NCBI GenBank assembly: GCA_018649885.1
Contig: JABIHA010000104.1
Location: 1-49,958 of the forward strand
Direction: 5' to 3'
Origin: Bacteriovoracaceae bacterium
GTDB taxonomy: Bacteria; Bdellovibrionota; Bacteriovoracia; Bacteriovoracales; Bacteriovoracaceae
Length of the DNA stretch: 49,958 nt
This document shows, one piece after another, positions 39,366-48,300 of the stretch. Made by a program: the position numbers and the translations under genes. Numbering within the stretch: the first letter of the stretch is position 1; each line of letters starts with the position of its first letter. The notes beneath the pieces are model-generated. The model was not told the DNA's origin. It made no database searches and saw nothing but the letters and a program-made list of their open reading frames with translations.

Positions 39366-40413
39366 ATGATTAAATTTTTATCTTTATATATTACTTTTTT
39401 CTCAACAAATTTCCTTTGCTGGAAACCCCTTTTCTTCTCCCTTAATTTTGGAGTACCATGAAGACATCGAGAGAAACCATTGTGGCCATAGTGATTTAAG
39501 GCCTGAAATGGAAAGACGAGGGTTACCCGATCGTCGACACCAAGATTCTACAGGGTGGTGTTATGCCATGGTAGCGGCCGATCTAGTTTCTTTTGAAACT
39601 CACCAAAATATTTCTCCAGCCGATATAGCTAAACACTATATCAACGCAAACCCTATTAGCTTTCAATATGATGAGCTCCCCCTTCCAATTCAGCAATTAA
39701 ACCCTTTGGGAGGCGGTTTTATCAAAAATGCTATAGAGCTTACCATGAAGGATGGTTTTTGTCAGGAAGCGGAGTTTCCTTCAGAAGATTATAGTTTTAG
39801 CATCATCAGAAATAGCACTTTAGCCCGAGAAGACCTTATGAGAAATTATGCGGAAAGTCAGGGAGTGAAATTCTCCCCTGGAGATAAAATTAACCTTCCA
39901 CTGGTTTGTTTAGAACTAGCTGCTGTATCAAATATTTTTGAACTTCCTAATATTGACGTTTTGGTTAATATGATAAAACAAAATGATTTTCGAAGAATCT
40001 TGGAAACACTTTCTCAGTCTAGGTGTACCTATCGCTTTCCACTCAGAGGAAATAAAAGGCCCCATCAAATAGAAAGGCCAAGTGAGAAATACGAATCCAA
40101 CTCCAACGACTCCTTTTTTAATACAATCGAGTCCCTCATTTCTAGAGGTAAACCTGTTGGCGTGGGGATTGATAACTCCATCTTTCACAATCCTCAGGAT
40201 TCACTTCTCACCGCGCCCGAGCCCAATCATGCAGTTCAAATTGTTGGTAGAAGATTTAATGCAGATAAGCGAAGATGTGAGTACCTCATGAGAAATACTC
40301 AAGAGGGATGTCAGACTTTTAATGAGGACTATGAATGTGAAAATAACCATACTTGGATTCCGAGGGAAATCGTTCAAATGGGCACTGTTAACGCTGTCTT
40401 TGTTTCTGAATAA
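39366..40413 (+). pseudogene. Papain-like (C1) cysteine protease with frameshift in its signal peptide
   Basis: QDSTGWCYA, HAVQIVG, MRN catalytic motifs. Removing one T from T5 at 39375-39379 gives MIKFYLYILLFSQQISFA in frame. An in-frame TTG at 39448 could give a signal-less product. Confidence 0.7.
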
Positions 40414-40816
40414 TATGGCCTACTCTGAAAGCGATGAGATCTGTAAAAAGTTTCAGATTACTCACACATATATGGCAAAAAAGAAAAATGAAAATAGCGA
40501 GTATTGTATCAATTTTAAAAAAAATATCCTTTTTAATAAAAAGTGTCGCAACCAATTGTGCTTAGAAAGCATGGAGTACGATAAAAAATCACTAAAAGAG
40601 GGATATATGCCAAATTTTGGCACCCTTGGTTTTCATTACTGCCAAAAGCTTTTCGGAACGGCTCAAGTCATTAAGGTCAAAATGAGTAAAGGCAAATGGC
40701 GTACATTTGATCGCTGTATTTTAAAAAATGGAGGAGTCATAGATACGGTCTCTCTTCTAACATGGATAGAGCGTAAAAACCAAGACAAGGTCATCCAAAA
40801 AATTCCGACACATTGA
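40337..40816 (+). CDS. Small secreted Cys-rich DUF333-like protein overlapping the protease gene
   Basis: GAGGA RBS then GTG 40337; signal-like WALLTLSLFLNNMAYS; GFHYCQKLFG...CILKNGGVID. Confidence 0.6.
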   Translation: MKITILGFRGKSFKWALLTLSLFLNNMAYSESDEICKKFQITHTYMAKKKNENSEYCINFKKNILFNKKCRNQLCLESMEYDKKSLKEGYMPNFGTLGFHYCQKLFGTAQVIKVKMSKGKWRTFDRCILKNGGVIDTVSLLTWIERKNQDKVIQKIPTH

Positions 40817-41028
40817 AATTATAAACTTAGTGACAAATAATTAATTCTTCCAATAGTTGAACCCATTTAGTTTTCATTAGGTGACCCTTCGGGTGCATTC
40901 ATATTGTTCTGACTGTTTTCCACCAGTAATGGCTCAGCTCAGCTTCCTAGATATTGACGTACATTTCTTCCATGCGTGGACAATAATAGCTAGAGCGACG
41001 AAAATGCTTAGATGGAGATGATTTTATT

Positions 41029-42267
41029 ATGAAATATACGAGAGAATTTATCAGAGAAATACCCAAAACCGACTTACACGTTCATCTGGATGGATCTCTC
41101 AGGTTACGCACTCTTATAGATTTGGCCAAAGCTGAAAAAGTTCACCTGCCTTCATATGAAGAAGAAGGTTTGAGGGATCTTGTTTTTAAGGAAAGCTACC
41201 AAAACCTCGGTGAGTATCTTCATGGATTTATGTACACTACTGCCGTACTAAGAAATCCGGAAAATTTAGCAAGAGTGAGCTATGAGTTGGCCCGCGATAA
41301 TCAAAACGAAGGGGTACGCTATATGGAGGTGAGGTTTGCACCTCAACTGCATATGGATGGTGGAACTCTTACTATGGATGTCATTTTAGAGGCCGTTAAT
41401 GATGGGCTCAAAAGAGCACAAGACGAATACAATGAAAGACCTGAAATTAAAAATGGCGATGAGCCTCCCTTTAAATACGGTATTATCGTTTGTGCTATGA
41501 GGATGTTTGGAGAGAGCTTTTCCCCTTATTATGGAAAGCTCTATAGAATTCACAATTTCAGTCCGGCGGGAGAGGTCATGAAAATGGCCGCACTTGAACT
41601 GGCCCGCGCTGTAGTCAAGATTCGTGATGAATCATCAATTCCAATAGTCGGATTTGACTTAGCTGGCCAAGAAGATGGTTTTCCTGCAGAAGACTACCAA
41701 GCTGCTTATGATTATGTTCACAGAAACTTTATGCACAAAACAGTCCATGCAGGAGAAGCATATGGAGCTGAAAGTATCTTTCAAGCTATTACCGATCTTC
41801 ATGCCGACCGTCTTGGACATGCCTACTACCTGCTCGATAGCTCAAAGATTGATAACCCAAATATTAAAGATAAAAAACTCTATATTGAGAACCTAATCAA
41901 TTATATTGCCGAGCAAAGGATCACCATCGAAGTTTGTTTGACTAGTAATTTTCAAACCAATCCTGAGCTTAAAAATTTCAAGCAACATTCTTTTAAAGAA
42001 ATGATGAATAGAAACCTTTCTGTTACTCTATGTACTGACAACCGTTTAGTTTCCAACACTACTGTTTCTAAAGAAATTGAAATTGCTGTAAACAACTTTG
42101 AGATAGCTCCAGGACCATTTAAAAATCTCGTGGTCTACGGGTTCAAAAGAAATTTCTACCCAGGCCAGTACTCTGATAAGAGAGATTACTCAAGGCAGTG
42201 TATTTCTTACTACGAGAAAGTGGCAACGAAGCATGGAGTAGACACAGAGTTCATCTCTAAAATCTAG
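41029..42267 (+). CDS. add: Adenosine deaminase family protein
   Basis: PKTDLHVHLDGS, YMEVRFAP, FDLAG.E, TVHAGE, RLGH, EVCLTSN, CTDN. Confidence 0.92.
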   Translation: MKYTREFIREIPKTDLHVHLDGSLRLRTLIDLAKAEKVHLPSYEEEGLRDLVFKESYQNLGEYLHGFMYTTAVLRNPENLARVSYELARDNQNEGVRYMEVRFAPQLHMDGGTLTMDVILEAVNDGLKRAQDEYNERPEIKNGDEPPFKYGIIVCAMRMFGESFSPYYGKLYRIHNFSPAGEVMKMAALELARAVVKIRDESSIPIVGFDLAGQEDGFPAEDYQAAYDYVHRNFMHKTVHAGEAYGAESIFQAITDLHADRLGHAYYLLDSSKIDNPNIKDKKLYIENLINYIAEQRITIEVCLTSNFQTNPELKNFKQHSFKEMMNRNLSVTLCTDNRLVSNTTVSKEIEIAVNNFEIAPGPFKNLVVYGFKRNFYPGQYSDKRDYSRQCISYYEKVATKHGVDTEFISKI

Positions 42268-42366
42268 CGGGACACCACCGCTCTTCGTCACTTAGACCCC
42301 TTCCCTCACTCTCCAAGCAGTGATATTATTTCTTTTTTCGATCCCTTAAAAACTCGGAGCCTGCAA

Positions 42367-44055
42367 ATGGAACTACTTAACCCAAACTCCTATATCAAAT
42401 CGTCACCAAACCTAGAAACCCATGAAATGATGAAAAAAGTCATTCTCTGGTTCGAAGAAAAGGGATTAAAAAGTATAAAAAAAGATTTCCACGAAAAAAA
42501 CTGGAACTACGACTTTGTAGAGTTTATGAAAAAAGAAGGAATACTTTCGACTTTAATGACCCCCCAAGGGTATGGGGATGAAAATTCCTCTTGGAATAGT
42601 AGCCGCAACACCGAATTCGCTGAAGTTAGCAGCTTTTATGGCATCACCTACTGGTATACCTTCCAAGTATCAATGCTCGGCCTTGGACCTATATTCAACG
42701 GCGAAAACGAAGATGTGAAAAATAAAGCTGCCTCACTTCTAAGAGACGGTGAAGTCTTTGCCTTTGGCCTTTCGGAAAAAGAGCACGGCGCTGATGTCTA
42801 TTCCTCCTCCATGCGCTTAATTCCACAAGATGATGGAAGCTACCTTGCAAGAGGAGAGAAATACTATATAGGAAATGGAAATGAAGCTGCACTAGTTTCA
42901 ACCTTTGGAAAGATTGAAGGCAGTGATGATTACGTCTTCTTTGTCGTTGACTCTAAACACCCAAAATATGAATGCGTCCAAAACGTAGTTAACGAGCAAA
43001 ATTACGTGGCAGAATACCGATTAAACGACTACCCCATCACCGAAAAAGATATTTTGAGAAAAGGAAAAGGCGCTTGGGATGATATGCTAAATACCATTAA
43101 TATGTGTAAATTTAATTTGGGATTTGGTGCCATAGGCCTTGCCACCCATGCTTTTTACGAGGCAATGGATCATGCTGCCAACCGAAATTTATTTGGCAAA
43201 TATGTTACTAATTTTTCTCATGTAAAACGCTTCTTTACTGATGCCTACTGCCGTCTTTTTTCAATGAAGCTCTTCGCTACTCGTGCCACTGATTACATGC
43301 GCTCAGCGAGCCTGGAAGACCGAAGGTATTTACTTTACAACCCCATGGTCAAAATGAAGGTGACTATGCAAGGAGAAGAGGTAGTCCGCCTATTATGGGA
43401 AGTGATTGCTGCCAAAGGGTTTGAAAAGGAGCCATTTTTTGAAATTGCTGCCCACGAAATTGGCATGCTGCCAAAGCTAGAAGGTACCGCACATGTCAAC
43501 ATGGCGATCATTATCAAATTTCTCAAAAATTATTTTTTCAACCCAGGCGAGTATCCTGAAGTTCCCAAAAGAAATGACAACACAAATGATACCTTTCTCT
43601 TTAATCAAGGCCCCACAGGAGGCCTTGGTAAGGTTCAGTTCCACGATTACAATATTGCTTACAATAGTGTTGACCTTGAAAATGTAAATGTGTTTAAAGA
43701 GCAAATCAAAACCTTTAAAACAATGCTTGTGAAGTGTGGGCCCGATGAAAACCAAATAAAAGATATCGACTACCTTCTTGCTCTCGGTGAGATCCTAACC
43801 CTTGTGGCCTATGGTCAGCTACTACTTGAGAATAAAAAAATCGAAAATGTAGAAGATGATTTAATGGAAGAGATCTTTGATTTCATGATCCGCGATTTCT
43901 CTACTTACGCGCTAACCCTCTATTCCAAAACAAGTAACACTGACGCTCAAAAAGAGATGGCGCTTAAAATGATCAAAAGCCCTATTCACAACCAAGAACG
44001 CTTTGATAAAATTTGGAATGATAAAGTCTATGCCATGAAAGGCCAATACAAATAG
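42367..44055 (+). CDS. Acyl-CoA dehydrogenase
   Basis: FGLSEKEHGAD, GEKYYIGNG, LPKLEGT. Confidence 0.92.
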   Translation: MELLNPNSYIKSSPNLETHEMMKKVILWFEEKGLKSIKKDFHEKNWNYDFVEFMKKEGILSTLMTPQGYGDENSSWNSSRNTEFAEVSSFYGITYWYTFQVSMLGLGPIFNGENEDVKNKAASLLRDGEVFAFGLSEKEHGADVYSSSMRLIPQDDGSYLARGEKYYIGNGNEAALVSTFGKIEGSDDYVFFVVDSKHPKYECVQNVVNEQNYVAEYRLNDYPITEKDILRKGKGAWDDMLNTINMCKFNLGFGAIGLATHAFYEAMDHAANRNLFGKYVTNFSHVKRFFTDAYCRLFSMKLFATRATDYMRSASLEDRRYLLYNPMVKMKVTMQGEEVVRLLWEVIAAKGFEKEPFFEIAAHEIGMLPKLEGTAHVNMAIIIKFLKNYFFNPGEYPEVPKRNDNTNDTFLFNQGPTGGLGKVQFHDYNIAYNSVDLENVNVFKEQIKTFKTMLVKCGPDENQIKDIDYLLALGEILTLVAYGQLLLENKKIENVEDDLMEEIFDFMIRDFSTYALTLYSKTSNTDAQKEMALKMIKSPIHNQERFDKIWNDKVYAMKGQYK

Positions 44056-44057
44056 CT

Positions 44058-45215
44058 CTAATCTCTATCAAAGAACAATACGCCTTGATTAACAAGACTT
44101 ACTATTGTTTCTTTAACTGATGAAGGTAGTGGGGCCGTTATTTTGATGGCCTCATAGCCTGGAGTATTGAGCATTTTTTCCACAACATCATATTCTGAGT
44201 TAGAAAGTTTGTAGTCATGGCCATTTGCAAATAATCTCACATTGGCATCACCTTCTCGGTGGAAATTAAACCTCAAGTGAACATCTCTAAATAATGGCAC
44301 TCCACTTTCTAGGTTTTGATAAATCTCACTGGCCGGTAATTCTTCGTCAGATGAAACCTCATGGTTAGTAGAGGTAATATAGCGACCAAACCAATCAGTC
44401 ATAACTTCTTTGGTTAATATTTCATTCTTAAAGAAGTTGATAATATCCTCAACACTTTCATCAGTATATTCATGGATATTTTTAGGAAGATCTGGACTTT
44501 TAAATTTTAGGCATTTTGATGAATCATAAGTGGTTAAAAAATCAGTGAAAAATGCACCAGCAAGATCAGGGTAATCAAAAGATCTAAAACCGATGGAATA
44601 AGAAATACTCTCTTCAAGAGTAATCCCGTGATGAGCAACCCCAGGTGGAAGATAAAGTAAATCCCCCTCCTCTAGTTCATATTCAGCGCCTATTTCAAAA
44701 TTTGATAAAAGCTTTATATCGAGACCTTCAACGTATGCCTCATCTGGATTTTCATTAATTTGCCACAAACGCTTTCCCTTTCCTTGAAAAATAAAAACGT
44801 TGTAATTATCAATATGAGCTCCAACACTGGCGCCTTTTACGGAGTATGTGGCCATGATGTCATCAAATTGCCAGGTAGGAACAAACTTCATCATATCTCT
44901 TATTTCACGAAACTCTTTGAAATAGAGCTCTAGACTATGAACAATAAGTGTCCACTTGTCTTTTTCATTGCGAGTAAATTGATCATCTGTAAAAGGACCG
45001 GCCTTAGCTTCCCAAGGTTTTGTGCCACCTTCACTCCAAACCATACGAGTAAAGAAATTCTCGTCTTGCCCCATATCCATTAAATTTTCAGGAGTTGCTA
45101 GGCCCATGGTGTTTGAAAAAGCGCCTTTCACAAAAAGCGGTTTCTTTTGCCAATATTCTTTTAAAAAAATCTCAGGTGTCATTCCACCAAGTACTTGCTC
45201 TACGTTATTTTCCAT
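44058..45215 (-). CDS. roxA: JmjC/cupin ribosomal protein uL16 arginine hydroxylase (RoxA/YcfD)
   Basis: FLKEYWQKKP, W..DDIM, VGAHIDNYNVF..QG.G, GDLLYLPPG.AHHG, YSIGFR. Confidence 0.88.
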   Translation of the reverse strand: MENNVEQVLGGMTPEIFLKEYWQKKPLFVKGAFSNTMGLATPENLMDMGQDENFFTRMVWSEGGTKPWEAKAGPFTDDQFTRNEKDKWTLIVHSLELYFKEFREIRDMMKFVPTWQFDDIMATYSVKGASVGAHIDNYNVFIFQGKGKRLWQINENPDEAYVEGLDIKLLSNFEIGAEYELEEGDLLYLPPGVAHHGITLEESISYSIGFRSFDYPDLAGAFFTDFLTTYDSSKCLKFKSPDLPKNIHEYTDESVEDIINFFKNEILTKEVMTDWFGRYITSTNHEVSSDEELPASEIYQNLESGVPLFRDVHLRFNFHREGDANVRLFANGHDYKLSNSEYDVVEKMLNTPGYEAIKITAPLPSSVKETIVSLVNQGVLFFDRD

Positions 45216-45308
45216 TAGAGTCGTATATAACTATAAAGACAGTTCCGAAAGTTGATAAATATTAGTTTAAATGGGGGGCGCTGAGCACTCAAATTGCCAT
45301 AAACCCTA

Positions 45309-48300
45309 TTAAGGAGCAATTCTTTGGACGATTTCAGAGGTATAGCCACTGCCAAATTCAGTACGACTACCGTTAACATGGATTCCGTAGGCACCATATC
45401 CCCAACACCTAACCTTGCCACCAGTTGTGACCCCACAAGTGGGAAAGTTAGCACCAGAGTCTATTTGAGTAAAATCGGTTACATCGGCAAGGGCACTGTC
45501 TACAACAGGAGAATCAAGCCAAGCTCTTTGAGTCCTAGAGCCATCTCCAAGCATCAGCACATTATTTCTACCAACACAGTAAACCTTTTTATCAGTACTC
45601 TTTAATACACATGAGTGCCAAGGCCCACCAGTGATATCAGAAGCATCAGTAAAGCTCACACCAGTAGATGATTCCATCATCTCATCTGCAAAGGGCCTAT
45701 TGTCTGTGGCATTTCCAGTTCTATTATTATTATATTTTTCACCCCAAGATCTGACAGTGTTTGCAGTGGTGAGTGCCAAAACATGATCCCCGCCAATGGC
45801 AATCTTAGCTATATCAGTTGTCTCTACACCTATGGAGGTTAACACTTTTGTATCAGCATACTTAGTTAGTGCAGCATCATTGTCACCGCACACACCCTCA
45901 AAGACTTTCCCCCAACAAGCGGCAGTATTATCAGTTAATACAACACAAATCAGATCGTCAGCAACACTAGCTGAGGCCACATTTGTAAGAGTGGTACCAG
46001 CATCTATTTTTGCTACGTCTGCATAGTAGCGGTTAGTAGTCCCACCGTTGGCCAGCAGACCATTTGAGCCATTATAGCCCCAGCATTTCAATGTATTGTC
46101 ACTTATTACAGCACATGAGGTATATGTGCCTACGGCCAGAGCAGTAACATTATCCAAATAGGTTACTCCAGCATCTTTATAGACTTGAACAGCGTAGTTT
46201 TTAGTACTTGTTGTGTTATCTCCAAGTTGGCCATAGTTATTATAGCCCCAGCACCATGCCGAACCATCAGTTAAACGGGCACAACCATGCCAGGCCCCCA
46301 AATCAATCTCTTCAACATTCGTCAGCTCAACGCCACCAGTTTTTTCCACATAGGCCATTCCAGAGGCATCGTTTGGCACTTGCCAATATTCTTTATTACA
46401 GTCTTCCCCGTTACCAATTTGACAGTTGTTATTTTGCCCCCAGCACATAACTTTTTTGCCAGTTGTTCTGGCACAGGCAAAGTTATTACCTACTTTGACT
46501 TCTGCAACAGTGGTCATATCGGTCCAAGTTGGATTAGCACTATCTACTGATATAACTTCATTTTTAGCGTACCTGTATTCAGTGCCTGATCTTATATTAC
46601 CTACTACACCATAATCATTTTCTCCCCAGCACCTTAGAATGCCACTTGGAGGAAAGAGTGCACACCCATTTTTATCACCCATTTCTACATCAGAGGCCTT
46701 AGTAAGAGGTGTTGTTCCATCAGCGCCTTTGACTAGTTGATCTGCATATAAAAATGTGTTAGTAGTTCCATTATTTCCAAGGGCATAAGCAGAATTATTT
46801 CCCCAGCAATGAATTGTTCCATTACCTTCTTTTACTGCACATCCAAACCCATCACCAACTCCAAGGTCTACAATATCTGTAATATTTGATGAAGGGCCAT
46901 CCCATACAAAGTCTGCTTTTTCATTTATGGTGGTAGAATTCCCCATGTATCCTGTACCCCAACACTTAACTGTTTTATCTGCCTTGATGCCACATCTCAT
47001 GGTCTCATATCCCCAGCCGTGGATCGAGCTAGTGGCAAAGTTACCACCGGCCTCATCTAAGACTACGGCCGTTGCATAACCCACATTGGCCACATTGTTA
47101 TTACCTAATCTATAGCTAGAGCCGTAACCCCAGCATGTAACAGAGCCATCATTTATGAGAGCACATGCGGACCTATCATCGACAACAATCTTATCTACAT
47201 TAGTAAGCGAGACGCCCACTGAAGTTTCAACTAGTTCAGCATAAGTTTGTGATCCAGGAAAATTTCTTCCCAGGTGATCATCTTGAGATCCCCAGCAGCG
47301 AACAGTCCCATCATTTAAGACAGCACAACTTCCCCAGTAACCTGTTGCTATATCGACTGCATTTGTTAAGTCTGTACCTGCATCTATTTTAATGACCTTA
47401 GCAGCGTCACTAGATCCTTTTTGCTGAGACCTTCCCCAACAATAAACTTTTCCACCAGAAGCTAATTTCTCTCTAGCACAACTTCCGTACAAGACAGATT
47501 CCACTTGCTCTATATTTGTTAGGTCTCCACCACCACCATCAATTTGAACGGTTTTAGGTATGAGAGTTGATCCAACAGTATCGTCTTCAAGGCCCAAATA
47601 GCCTGAAGTACCATATGGCTCAAGAGCAAGCCCCCAACACTTAACTGTGTCAGTATTAATGACTGCACAGGCACGGTAGTATCCAATAGAAAAGTCTGTG
47701 ACATTGGTAAGAGCGTCACCTGAAGCTGCAGTATATCCTACGTCCATGGTCCCAGTATCATCACTTTTAGCACCAGCTGTTGCGATGATAGCGTCTGCCC
47801 CCACTACATTTAGGACAGTCCAAGTTGTCGAAACTGCCGGTCCAGCAACAATTGTTCCCACACCATTTGAAGAAGTTTGGTTGCCACTAGAGTTAAAAGT
47901 CCAAGTAGCGGATTCTGTTCCTTTATAGTTGCTATCGGCATCGTAACCAACAGAGAATAAGGTCATCGTGGTACCGGACGTCACATCATTAAAATATTCG
48001 CCAGTGGTAAATACATTTCCTGAACCATCGGATTTAGATTCAACCCGAATATTGACAAGAGCACCTGCTGTAATTTCAAAGCCAGCATTGACTGTTCCTG
48101 TATCATCGTTATCACCACCTGATGAGAAATTGATGACACAATGATCGGCTGCGATCGTGGCTTGATTAGCATAGAACGTGACCGAAGCTCCAGTTTCGCT
48201 ATTGTCATCTGAGCCAGGTAAAAAAGATCCCTTATCGTTGGTAAAAGTCCATGTTCCACTTGGATTACTTATATAGTTTCCATCACTGTCATAGGCAGCA

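Noticed and set aside
40880..40900. ACCCTTCGGGT hairpin as terminator or ncRNA
   Set aside because: Only a 4-bp stem and no U tract.
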